DNA of 63,989 nucleotides, counting the filler, from Sphaeroforma arctica JP610 (Eukaryota): the NCBI RefSeq assembly GCF_001186125.1. It is 4 parts of 2 records of this genome, joined end to end, with 100 filler letters (N's around TTAATTAATTAA, not from the genome) between each part and the next. Parts side by side here need not be neighbours in the genome. Positions count along the whole stretch, not along the records: positions 1 to 16,682 come from NW_014040551.1; 3 more parts are not named here. One strand, 5' to 3'. Shown here piece after piece: positions 1-12,500 of this stretch. Position 1 is the stretch's first letter. Each line of letters opens with the position of its first letter. The notes beneath the pieces were generated by a model. The model saw only the letters and a program-made list of their open reading frames with translations, was not told the origin of the DNA and did no database searches. The translations under genes and the position numbers were made by a program.

Positions 1-1060
1 GATACACGCCCGTCGTGTGTGCTTTTTGGAGGTAGTAGCCGTTTAAATAGGTTCGTTCCGCTGCATTCGGTCGAATATGCCACTTTTGGAATATCTTTAA
101 GATTGCTTCTGAAGTCACAGTCCAATAGGTACTGGAGAAGCTTGCCGCTGCGCGAAAGCATATCGGCTGCTAAGTTGAGCTTCCCCGGCATGTACCCGAG
201 ATCTACTGGCCAGGGAGATTAGTTCTGGAGCGAGAAGCTCCAAAGACTGCTCCCACTTGTCGTGGAACCTATTCGCAAACGATACATGATCGTCGTGTGC
301 TACTTGGAGGTAGTAGCTGTTTAAATATGTTCGTTCCGCTGCATTCGGTCTAATATGCCACTTTTGGAATATCGATAAGATTGCTTCTGAAGTCACAGTC
401 CAATGGTACTGGAGAAGCTTGCCGCTGCGCGAAAGCATATCTGCTGCTAAGTTGAGCTTCCCTGACATGTACCCGAGATCTACTGGCCAGGGATATTTGT
501 TCTGGAGCGAGAAGCTCCAAGGACTGGTCCCACTTGTCGTTGATCCTGTTCGCGTACGATACATTGACCGTCGTGTGCTTTTTGGAGGTAGTAGCTGTTT
601 AAATAAGTTCGTTCCGCTGCATTCGGTCTAATATGCCACTTTTGGAATATCTTTAAGCTTGCTTCTGAAGTCACAGTCCAATGGTACTGGAGAAGCTTGC
701 GCTGCGCGAAAGCATATCGGCTGCTAAGTTGAGCTTCCCCGGCATGTACCCGAGATCTACTGGCCAGGGAGATTCGTTCTGGAGCGAGAAGCTCCAAAGA
801 CTGCTCCCACTTGTCATGGAACCAGTTCGCGAACGATACATGCCCGTCGTGTGCTTTTTGGAGGTAGTAGCTGTTTAAATATGTTCGTTCCGCTGCATTC
901 GGTCTAATATGCCACTTTTGGAATATCTTTAAGATTGCTTCTGAAGTCACAGTCCAATAGTACTGGAGAAGCTTACCGCTGCACGAAAGCATATCGCCTG
1001 CTGAGTTGAGCTTCCCCGGCATGTACGCGAGATCTACTGGCCAGGGATATTTGTTCTGGT
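1..1060. repeat. Tandem array of ~278-280-bp units (3 full + 1 partial in window) derived from the DIRS RNase H end
   Basis: Unit start gatac...cgtcgtgtgc recurs at 1, 281, 558 and 835; copies are highly similar with scattered SNPs and indels. Confidence 0.95.
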
Positions 1061-2072
1061 GACAGAACCATACTAGCCGGCGAAGTTGGGTTAGTCTCAG
1101 GACCTTCGCCTAGAACTCTGGTATCATCTCTATGGTGTTTGCTCTCAAGTCTATGATACCGCCTAGGTGTTGGAGTCTGCTTACAGGTGTTATCCAATAA
1201 CCTTTTCCTTGTGCGAATTGGAGTTGAAACTCCATGAATATTGTTGTTATAATCCTAGCATGCTTCCGACACGTCTTTGGCCGTCCCAGCAACAGAAGAG
1301 CGTCGACATACAGTATTATTCGTATCCCTCGAGCTCTTGTTACTTTCCTCACTACGTCCATCAGCTGGTTGAGCCATGCTGGGGAGAATTTTGCCCCCAT
1401 CGGTAGTGCTAGGAAGCACCATAGCTGGTGCTTGTGGTCGCGAAATTGCCAGATCCTGGGGTTGGCAACAGCTAACGCATAAAAGCCGTCCTTCATGTCG
1501 GCTGACATAGCTACATCCCCCGGTTTCGCAATGTGCGCCAATTTTTCTGGACCCCCTGTTCGGAAGGTCTTCCTCTGCGCGTGAGGGTTGTTGCTTTCCG
1601 GATTTAGAACCAATCGGCCTCTCTTCCCGTCGGATTTTGGTATCATAAAGGCTGAGTGTACCAAAGTTGCATCCGATTCCTGGCAACGTCGGGGAATTCC
1701 GCCCTGTTCGAGTCGTAAAAATTCCGCCTGGATCATCGCCTCGTCCACCTCCGGAATTGTTATCCACCGACCCTACGTTGATGGAGGTGGAGGACCCTTC
1801 GGCCCGCACTTGGGCCGCACGCCATACTTGATGGCCTGCAGAAGCTCCTGGGATGCACCGTTCTCTATCCATTTCGCTAGGACATTTCTTACCCTGCAAT
1901 ACAGAGGGGCATTCGGATCGATCCTGGGGACACTGCCGTGCGACCGTTGGGGAGTTAGTTGTCCTTGGGCCTGAATTTTTGCATCGGACGATGCAGCGCG
2001 AGTTCGTGCTGCTTTTTCTTCGTTGCTTTGACGAGTTTTGAGATATCTGAAGAATTTTGGAATGTGGGACAT
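973..2072 (-). pseudogene. DIRS reverse transcriptase/RNase H pseudogene
   Basis: ORFs 1773-2072, 1110-1748 and 480-1022 share one frame, separated by TAG stops at 1773-1775 and 1110-1112. Catalytic YxDD reads YVDA. RT thumb and RNase H N-terminus appear deleted. Confidence 0.8.
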
Positions 2073-2611
2073 ACCTGATGCTCCACAAGAGCTGCAAATT
2101 CTGCTCCTTCCTCTACTCTGAGTCGCTTCAATTCCACAGTCTGACCCAAATCCTTGACTAGAGCCACAATTACTCCACGGTAAGCTTGCTCCCGATGCTC
2201 CACAGATAGGCCTCCCAAATCGATTTGCTTTAAACAGTAGGCCAAATAATTGGCCCAGGTTAAAATATTTGTCATTTCCTTAATAACTGGAGCCTTCTGC
2301 TTCTCGTACCACGACGGAGTCACAATTGGCGAGGTACTCAACCCGTCTGGAAACCGAGCGTGGTCCTGGCACCACACAGCCGTAGCAGAGTTATCAGCCA
2401 CACCAGTGCTCCACTCACCATTAGACGGAGCCGGACACTCCAAAACGGTGTTGAAGTGTTCTGATGTTGAGACTCGGGTGATGTGTAACCGAAGTCTGTA
2501 TAAAGAATTACGCCCTGAACCAGGGACAGCGTAACCACGTTCTTCGAGCTCGATGCGTGTTCGTTCGGCGGCGTCGCGAGGATGAACTGGATTAGCTAGA
2601 TTTACGTCCAT
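1955..2611 (-). CDS. Gag-like ORF1 of the DIRS element (218 aa)
   Basis: Open 218-aa ORF directly upstream of and overlapping the RT frame, downstream of a TATA-like box. Assigned by position only. Confidence 0.55.
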   Translation of the reverse strand: MDVNLANPVHPRDAAERTRIELEERGYAVPGSGRNSLYRLRLHITRVSTSEHFNTVLECPAPSNGEWSTGVADNSATAVWCQDHARFPDGLSTSPIVTPSWYEKQKAPVIKEMTNILTWANYLAYCLKQIDLGGLSVEHREQAYRGVIVALVKDLGQTVELKRLRVEEGAEFAALVEHQVCPTFQNSSDISKLVKATKKKQHELALHRPMQKFRPKDN

Positions 2612-3859
2612 TGCGACTGCAAGGGATGCTGATGTTTGTTATGAGAGCCAACGCTTATACTTAATTTAAGTAGAAAGAAATATGGATGAGGAAGTGTCTC
2701 CACTTCATCGTCCTTTTATACTCCTATTGTAAGTAGGAGGATGAAAGAACGTAGAGTAGGACCGTAATGTCTTACCAAAAATATGTGGGTTACTGTTAGA
2801 TAGTTAAAACATATAACAGTAACGCACAATTAGTGGAAGACTTTACTGGTGCTACTCTCTGTTCCATAATACTATTAGAATGTAAACATTCCTGAATGTA
2901 TGTGTATATGTATATGTATGTGTATGTATGTATATATATGTACATACATATATATATATGTATATATATACACGTACACATACATAGCACATACATACAA
3001 ATATACATACNNNNNNNNNNNNNNNNNNNNNNNNNNNNNNNNNNNNNNNNNNNNNNNNNNNNNNNNNNNNNNNNNNNNNNNNNNNNNNNNNNNNNNNNNN
3101 NNNNNNNNNNNNNNNNNNNNNNNNNNNNNNNNNNNNNNNNNNNNNNNNNNNNNNNNNNNNNNNNNNNNNNNNNNNNNNNNNNNNNNNNNNNNNNNNNNNN
3201 NNNNNNNNNNNNNNNNNNNNNNNNNNNNNNNNNNNNNNNNNNNNNNNNNNNNNNNNNNNNNNNNNNNNNNNNNNNNNNNNNNNNNNNNNNNNNNNNNNNN
3301 NNNNNNNNNNNNNNNNNNNNNNNNNNNNNNNNNNNNNNNNNNNNNNNNNNNNNNNNNNNNNNNNNNNNNNNNNNNNNNNNNNNNNNNNNNNNNNNNNNNN
3401 NNNNNNNNNNNNNNNNNNNNNNNNNNNNNNNNNNNNNNNNNNNNNNNNNNNNNNNNNNNNNNNNNNNNNNNNNNNNNNNNNNNNNNNNNNNNNNNNNNNN
3501 NNNNNNNNNNNNNNNNNNNNNNNNNNNNNNNNNNNNNNNNNNNNNNNNNNNNNAAATTGGGAGCACAATTTGATGGTGGATATCTCCATGCTAAAGTACA
3601 GTTTTACGATGACAGGAATTCGTTGTGGTTGCATCGTGGTGCTACTGTACGGTAGACTCTCTCTCTCTCTCTCTGAGACTCTGATTAGACTCTACTCTCT
3701 ACTGGGAGAGAATAGAGAGGGGTGGCAATTGTGGACTTGTAAAGTTGTAAAACGTAATCCACAACTCCACACCAATGAAAATTCAAAAGCTGGACACTAG
3801 GGCAGTTGGATTGCAAGTCTACAACGTTTGCAGTTTGCACATAAAAGAAGGGTAAAATG

Positions 3860-4258
3860 GACATGTAGCTATTCGTATTCTATTGGTGAATCACTTCAAG
3901 ATCCACAGTGACCACACGGTAGTCGGTGGTCGGTACTCCGCCCTCGGGTACTGTACATAACTACATGTGATATGACCGTATTATGTAGTGAATGTATTAC
4001 TCATCGGCCAACACACTTTACTGTATATATTACACAAGTGGCAACAAAATTCCCCTTTCATAAACAACGAATAATACACACACACGATCTGTAGCCTAAA
4101 AATATATTGGGCACTATTTTTACTTTTTTAGTACTAGGTTTCTGTTTGTTTTTAAAAAACAAATATGCATAGTTCCAAAGGTAAACTGGGCATGTGGCTA
4201 TTCATATTCTATTGGTGAAACACTTCAAGATCCAAGTGACCACACGGTACTGTAGTCT
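3860..4258 (+). repeat. ~65-bp dispersed direct repeat (3860-3925 and 4189-4258)
   Basis: catgt(a/g)gctattc(g/a)tattctattggtgaa(t/a)cacttcaagatcca(c)agtgaccacacggta occurs twice. Confidence 0.85.
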
Positions 4259-4977
4259 GTAAATAGTCTGTACAAATGAGATTATGAGTCAAGTCTCAAC
4301 AGACTCAACGCTCAACCCTCACAACCCTATTCTTGATATTTATACTTTTCCAAACAAAAATCAGAACTTTTGCGTTGGTATCTAGAGTTTCGGAGCAAAC
4401 ACTTTTGCACTGCTCCGTGATAAATGTGTATTTCTGTACAGTTCTTTTATTGGCTTTTTCTTGTGACACTATCGTACCATAGATATTTATTACATTAAAG
4501 AATGATTGAGGATTCTTAAATTTCTTGTCTAAAAAAATATATGATAGTTTTAAAGTTGTTTGTTTTTAGAAAACAACAGTTTATATATGTTTGTCTATTC
4601 CTTGCTTTCTGTATGCATCATCGTATTTGTTTTTAAAACAAAAAATAAATAAATACAAACCTTCTTTATAAATAAATAGTGCCGAGCAAAAGTATTCCTT
4701 TTAGAAATAACTCAAAAGAGTCTCTACTCTCTCTTCTATAGTCCCCACAATCCGATCCGAAAATCGAAAACAGACCCACCCAAAAACATCTAGTCGAATA
4801 CTTCGAACCTCAGCTCTACCGTACAGACAATTTGTTTTGCAGTTGTGCGTTCATGCCTTATGCCCCATACAGCAATTGAAACATTTTAAAATAGAATAAA
4901 ATCTTCGTTTACAGCGATCCACTAAGAATCTCAAAAAAATACTATTAAGATTCGTTTAAAGATTATTTATCAGTATA

Positions 4978-7900
4978 CTACTGTAGAGTGAATATACAGG
5001 AATAAATCGCGGCCAGTCGAAAGTGCGAAAACAGGACATACACATACGCTGTATCTCCCCTCGGACCCCGAGCATCGGCCCGGATCGCCAAACGAACCGA
5101 ATCGTATCCTTTGGTCAGCAGCTCCACCGTCTGAGTCTCCCATGATTGCATGAAGTCTTTGTAGTCGCCAGAGAAGTTCGTGCAGCACATACCCAAATTG
5201 GCAAGCACGAGCAAGCAGCTTACCGTTCCACGACTATTGTTCTGCTGTGCGAACGAAACCGCACGTGAAACACCCGCCTCGAGTATCAAGGGCGCGGTTG
5301 TCGAACTCCTCACCGAGAATCCATGTTTCACCAATCTTGCCAGCGTTTTCCCCGTGTCGGCATATATAAGTGCGTGTAATTTGGACTGGGAAGCACCAAC
5401 CCCTGAACTCGAGCCGAGGTCATTAAGAAATTCTGATGTGCCTCCGCCTATACGCTCGAATCGTTCTAACCGATCGGGGCTGAACGTACGCGTCAGCTGT
5501 GTGATCCGGATGTTCAGTACGTCATTATAACTCTTCATTACCGAAGGGGTACACTTGCACATGTCTTCTATATATCCCCGAACTGTATCGCATTCGTAGG
5601 ACCCACCCTTCACCACTGCGTTCACGGGAGGTGGGCCACTCTGCTGTTGGTCTGAACCCAATTCCGCTGATAGCCGTCGCATCATCTTCAGCAAGCGCGA
5701 GCTGTCCGTGCACTGAGGTACAACTATATCCGCCTTCTGCGAATCACCTGTGTTCCTACCAGAGTCCATTTTCGCTGCCGTGCTCGTCCCTCTGGTTTGT
5801 GTGTAACCATAGCCAACGCCGGTATTTCTTCCACGGTAAATTGCCGAGCGCATTTGTGGCGCAGGCGATGTTACTGGCCTTATTTGTGTCATGTGCGGAC
5901 GGTTATGCAATACCCGAGAACTATATAGAAGCTCGTCAGACATAGAATGCGAGCCGCCCCCATTCGATGTACGAGGTGAGCCGAGCATTTCCACATCATC
6001 GTGGAACACCACAGACTGTCTTCCAGACCTCTGTCGACCTTGTGGGTTGTCGCGAGTGCCTAAGTTGTTGCTATCCTGGTCATAGTCGCGAGCGTGTGCT
6101 TGATTGTAGAGCGTCTGTTGACTGTGATCATTTAAAGGTTGTATTGGACCTCGTCTTGTACCACGGGATGATTTTATTTTGTCCTGATTCAATCTTGAAG
6201 GAGCGGCCGAATAGTCTTTTTTCTTGTTAGATCTGCCGATATACCGCCCGTTCGATTGAAGCCTCGGATCATGTATGTCCAGGACGCTTTCCAGCTCTAG
6301 AAGGGATGACTCTCGCCGCCGGGTAGTGGCATCGATCTGTGTTTGCATCGGAGGTGAGGAGCATCAAATATTTGTTAGGCCCGCATCAATGATCAATAAA
6401 ATAAAATTCACGAACACAAACGTCGTCTCAACGTAATCATGTATGTCTTTGGGTCTCTTTCCCTGTGCCTTTGCGTAGAAATGAGTACAGTAGTATTGAT
6501 GAAATGCTCTTTCAATCTCAACAAATGCTCATAGACATGTGACCCACAATCACAGCATTCAATTGTATTGTGTGCCACCATCATATTGCGGAAATTACAC
6601 AACTCAAGCTACAGTGAAATGGAACCGAAACAATACTATACTCGTATCATCTCCTTAACGCCGGAACTTGGAATTTTTGACCAAGACAAAGACGTGAGTC
6701 TAACCTACATACGCACAAAGCATCAACACCCACACATTCGATTTGTAGCTAGCACTTCAATCGTAGATAATATGAGCTTAGTACTGACAAGTGTAGAAAC
6801 CTAGGGCTGAGACTATACCCATTTATCTCGCACATACCGTATTGCTATCCTGCATGTACGATTTGATCAGTGTCGCGCTCCTTCCGAATCCCGCGGGAAC
6901 ATGTGGCCATCCCTTCTCGCCCGCGACAGCCACACTACTGTCGACTCGCTCCGCTGATATTACGGCCTGACCAGTCCGCCTCTTACCCTCTCGCCGAGGC
7001 GAATTTCTCACACGCCTGTCCTCGTCAGTGTTGGATGGCGGGTTTGAATCGCGTCTGTGTGGCCTTCTGCGCGTCCCACTACTCCCACGCGTGTCGCTGT
7101 CATCCGTATACTCCAGCTCCATCTCCAAAGCCTCGTTATCATACCCGGCACTAGCTGGCGACATCCGTGTCCCGGAATTCATCCCGGAATTCCGGTTCCT
7201 CTCCCGCCCGCTAGCTGCATTGATGGTGTCAGTGTCTTCAGCGTAGTCGGATCGCTTGTCCCTTCTATGTCTCAGAGGCGCTTTGAAGCCAGTACCCTCC
7301 CTTCCGGTACCCTCGTGAGGTGCATCTGCCTGCTGACTCATTCTTGGGCGACTGTTACTACCACTATTCGCCTTCGGCGTGTCCTCCTCAAACTCGATGT
7401 TGGCTCGCGGGGAATAGTTGGTTCCAACCGTACCAGACGCAGACGCAGGTGTTTCTTGGTGCAGCGGTGTATCTCCACCCACAGTCGTCGGTGTCTCGCC
7501 GGCACTCTCGGGTGTGAAGCCCAGAGGGCCCCCATTAGCGTATGCATACGTAGACCTCGACCCCGCGCTCGGGCGAGAAGGTGTTGTGGCGTGTGCATAG
7601 ATCGACGCATCGGTCTTGTTGTTTGTCTTCAGTGGTGAGGGCGCCGCGCTAACGTGTACATTAGCTCGCCGCTGATGCGACATGTCATCGGCGTGTACGC
7701 GTGTGCAATGGTTCATACAGTTACCCGTGTGGCGAGTTGAGTCGCTTTTGGTCACTCCGAGGAATCGCCGGACCGCATCTCTCAGTGAGTCTGAGGAGAG
7801 GGTCGCGAGCAACTGTTCGTCTGACGGAGGCGACGGGGGCACCGTACTCCTTAATTGTCCACCATACGCTGTCGGGACGGGTTGCAGCCGTGTGCGTGGG

Positions 7901-9504
7901 TGCGCGGTTTCTGGCTGCGTGTACGTGTACGTGTCTGTGGCGAGATGGGAGCTGGAGGGCGCATACACATTCGTACTTATCGGCGAGGGTGACCGAGTAG
8001 AAGTCTCGCGTAACTTGCTGTGTGTCTGGACACGTGGTGAATTCCAGCTGTTCCCGCCCAGGCGCTGAGCGGTATCTGGCTCGTTCGCATCGCTGACATG
8101 CACAAACGAGATGGGACCGCCTGGCCCCACAGTCCCACACTCCTTCGCAGGTATACGCTGGGCTTGTCCTGAGGCAGCCCAGGTTGTACCCCTCTCGGGC
8201 AAACCGGTAGCATTCGAGCTCATGGCCATACCTAGCTCCGGCTTGGCACGGCCGCTCTCGCAGTGCATACGGTTTAGGTTTAGGCTCGCGGGCATGTTGT
8301 GGACACCATCTGGACCGTTTCCTGCGGGTCCAGTCACCCCCACATCCCCGGCTGTGCTGGACAGAGTGGGTAACTTCATGAAGGACACGTCTCCCGAGTT
8401 CGGGTCTATTGGCGAGCTCCCCTGCGGTCGGTTGGTGCTACCAGTACTATCCTTGGTGTGCTCTACGTCGCCCTCCTGAGGGAGTGTAGAGCCGTTGTGT
8501 GCATCTGCGTGCATACCATGGTTAGAACGGCCGTTGGCTTCGGTCGCTACAGTCGGTACAGTTGTCGCGTACATCGAAGACAGGCCATGTGCACGCGCAG
8601 GGTCTTTCACTGAAGCCAGGGCGCGGGCCAGTTTGCTCAGCGAGGGGAACTCGCTACCCTCTTGTGCAGATGGGGAGTGTGTGTTACTGTGTTTAGCTGT
8701 TGCAATGGCACTGGGTTGTATCTTAGCGCTTAGAGAACCATTCTGGTTGCTCCCATGGGCTCGCATTTGGTCTTTCGGCGGCGGCTGTGTGTGATCTGGG
8801 ACCGACGGGGTGAAGCTGGTTGCATTCATGGCTATGAGCTGCTTGTCCTCGACGCCTGGCAGCACAATGAACCCGTCTAGAAACTGCAGCTTGGTAGTCG
8901 AGCCGTGGTGGGCGAGTGTGCGCACGTCTCTGCGGTGTTGTAGGAACGCCTGCGATTGGTGTGAGGAGAAAGAACTGTGAGCCATGGCGTGAACATCTCG
9001 AATGGTAACATCTCCGCTAGTCGAAATAGCGCAATTGCCGAATTGACTTCAACAAAGCATGATATACATTGCCTTTGTGCGTGCATGTGAGCGCACAACC
9101 GACAGTGGGAGGTGGTAAGCACACTTGGACTCTACGTGATATATGCCAGATGTTTTGTCCTTGTCCGTGCACGAGCCACTTACATCGAGGCCATAGTGTA
9201 GAGTGCGAACTGACTTCGGACACGCATACGACATGGACGTGTTAGCGCGCTCTTAGCGAACCCCCTCGCAGTCTAATCCTAACTTGGCATCATTAAGGAT
9301 ATTTCGGAGATCTCTGCAACTTCAACTTGCATACAAGCCGCTATGGTATGCGCACAAAAGCAAGAAGCGTACAAGCAACAAACCAGCAAAACCGATAGCA
9401 TGGAATCCAGCTACAATACGATACTTTGTGAGCTGTGACTAGCAGCACGATGCAGCACCATACACAATGGCTGAGCCCTTTTAATGTACCACACAACTAT
9501 ACCA

Positions 9505-9537
<33 letters not shown>

Positions 9538-12500
9538 GGCATATAATCTCTCTAACGGTAAGTGACGCGATATATCGAATACCTGTTTCTGCGGTACCGG
9601 CAGAGTGCTGATAAACTTGTCAATCTGCACAGTACTGGAGGTGACGGCCACACGAGCATCCACCACTCGCTCACCCAACTTGATACGCGCGTCTCGGAAC
9701 GGTACAGCCAAATCACTAGCAAGACCAGTATAAAGCAGGCCGGTATCCTCGCGAGTGTGAGTGTGCGTGAGAGTGTGTGTGCCCTGCCGAGATGGACTAT
9801 CGGAGTACGGACGTGGATGAGTGGGGTGTTTAGAGGTATCGGAGACCCTGAGTGTGCCTGTTAAGCCGTCCACAGGCATCTCCGATCGCTTAGCAGCGGA
9901 AAAGAGGGTGGTGAGCAAGAACGGATTGTCTCTGGTGTCGAGGTATGCCAGCTCGGGTAGGTGCTGCACGATGTTCAGCACACACTCACGGCGCTCGAGC
10001 CGGTTATTGTTTGCCAGCAACACCGCCAGTTTGTGGAACGAGTATGCTTGGGTCTGGGCCAGTGCGTGGGTACGTGACGGGTGGGTGCCCGAGTGATCTA
10101 TTGCATCAAAGGGCTTGGCCTGGGCTGTCAGAAAGTCCAGGGTGCTGTAGTGGTTGTTCGATAAATCCAGCACGCGCAGCGGCGATGTCCCGTTAGGTAG
10201 ACGGAATTGGAAGTGCCGCCTCGGAGAGCGCTCGTTCAATGTGCTGTGTATGCTTCCCTGTGCGTGTGCACGCGTGTCGTTGGCTTCAGATCCCTCTCGC
10301 GTTCCCGTGAAGGACAGGCGGTTGTTGGACGCCTTCAGCACTGCAGACAATAAGGTTTGGGCAGTTTTAGTCCACCTATTTCACCAGGTTCTCAGTATAC
10401 GCAGTCCAATGACTCATGAAACCTAACCTAAAACCCCAGTCTTCAAGTCGTTGCTTTTTCTGATCTCAAAGTCTAAATTTGTCTTGAAAGCGCCCATACA
10501 TTATTTCGGTGACTCTGTAGTTGCCCTTGGTATTAGTGTTTGGTTTCGTCAGGGATAGATGGCTACAAGTGTCTTGCAGATAATTGGGACACAACCAAGT
10601 ACAAAAAAGGCTGCCTATTAAACCACAAGTTCTCAACAAGACGTGCCTAACTGCAGTCAAGTACATCGTGAGGAAATACGCACCTATCAAATTAGATAAA
10701 CACGTATCAACCCAAGGAAAAACATAGATTACTGATTGATATATAAATAGCACCTTTCATACTCGTTAGACACACGTTCATAGTTGATAGGAGAATACTA
10801 GTCTTAGGATGTGGTAAACACCGCAAGGCCAGAGACGAGACTACAGGTCGCTGGAGTCTTTCCCCATAATATCATCCATAGACCAACTGCGTGCACAAAT
10901 CTTATGGCGAAATATGTACCAACCGTTCAGTTTCATTCCAGTACATTGGCAGCATAGAGACGCTTGCCTTTCCAATGCAATAGACACAAAATGTCAGCTA
11001 TAGACTGCAGATGGGTATAGTTGTGGTCTACCAAACCCCTCTCGCAAATAATCTGTAACAACCTGAATCTACGAGATATACGCAGAAGCCTTCACACTCG
11101 TTCTACCACTAAATTCACAAAGACACTTAGTTTTTACCACTGAATTCGCACAGATATTTACCTTTCAAGTTTGGGAGACACAAGAGACCAGTGATGGACT
11201 GCAGATAGTTGTGGTCTACTACCACCCTCTCGGTAGTGTCCGGCAGCCAGAGGCACTCATGCGCCCAATCGGCCAGGTGCAAGTCCACAGAACGCGGATC
11301 TGGATACCGCAGAAGGTATATTATGCGATTAGGTTCTGTTAGAAAACCAGCAGGCTTTACCCAAGTAGGTAACCATATCAGTTGGTACAACGACAATCAC
11401 ACAGAGCGATGAGACGAGTTGCTGGTCTGTAGTGAGCGTCTCGGTGATTAAATCAGGTATTTGCAAAGCGCTACTTCTAAATCATCCTGATAAAGCAATG
11501 TGCAGTCATACCACACTCACCTGCAGACCGGCCCAGGAGATTGTTGGCGATGGATACCGCCCGCAGGGAACGCAGCTCCCGCAAGTCTAAGGTGGTGATG
11601 CTGTTGCTATCCACATTCAGATCTTGCAGGTTCGGGAACGCTCGCGCGAACGATACACCGTGCACTCGGATGCTCTGGAGTTCGTTGTTGCGTAAACTCA
11701 GCGCCTGGCGATGGGAGAGATTGAGATGAATGAGATGAAGTATGCTTATGTGAATATTGTATAGTTGCTGTTCATAGGGTAGAGATACCGAGTATGAGTT
11801 ATATCGATTGGCTGTGGGTGGGTTGGGTACAGTCCAAGCTCGCATTGGTACCTCAGACGAAGAACAAAATCACTACGCCCTAAACAATATAGCACGATTT
11901 CTAGATGGTGTAGATGAACAGAAGCGTGGGTAACCGGGCACACTTTGTGTATGCATTCGGATCAGAATGCATTCTTTGTTCCCAAATATTAACTAGTTGA
12001 TGAAAAGACAATCCAGACAAGTTTTATGAGCCAAGCTAGAGGTTTGCCTCATTGGCCTAGTTACTATGATATCTGCGTATCGTTCGCTGCACACGATGCA
12101 TAGTCTGTTTGTCACACACATCTAATATATATTTTAACAACCCCAATATATATAAAACACAGACCAAGATGTACGCACGTACCTGGAGAGAGGGTACAGT
12201 TGCTACAAGCCTGTCCTGGTTCTCGCCCGAGGGATTGAATGCCAATCTGGATGATGCAAAGTCATTGCCGTCCAGGGACAGCCACCTTAAGAGGGGCAAC
12301 GAGGCGAATGTCTCTACATCCATGTAGGTAAGCTGATTGTATGACAGATCCAGTACTGCGCAGAAAAGGGGGTAAAGGGTTACACAGGGCTCGGAGCGAA
12401 GATGGACACGTGCAGCGGTCTTATTTAATTGAGGCTAACTTTCTGTTTGACGGATGCAAGATATGTATGTGGCATACATCCCATCACAGGTGTACCAAAC

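Larger units (their letters stand above)
1..2790 (-). mobile_element. Decayed DIRS-type (tyrosine-recombinase) retrotransposon: gag-like ORF, RT, RNase H end; runs off the window start
   Basis: RT reads SAFMIPKSDGKRGRLVLN...DMKDGFYAL...LPMGAKFSP...GIRIILYVDALLLLG...PVSRLQHLGGIID, typical of DIRS RTs. RNase H end YMPGKLNLAADMLSR follows. Overlapping ORFs; TATAAAA on minus strand near 2715. No recombinase ORF is visible in the window. Confidence 0.8.

Noticed and set aside
2796..3655. Long ORFs spanning N gaps and TA/CA microsatellites (also 14175-15273, 20211-20656, 41060-41569, 58282-58687)
   Set aside because: Open only because of Ns and YI/CV/HT dipeptide repeats.
5180..10426. Many + strand ORFs of 60-190 aa
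   Set aside because: Antisense shadows of GC-rich exons of the LRR gene, with no motifs of their own.
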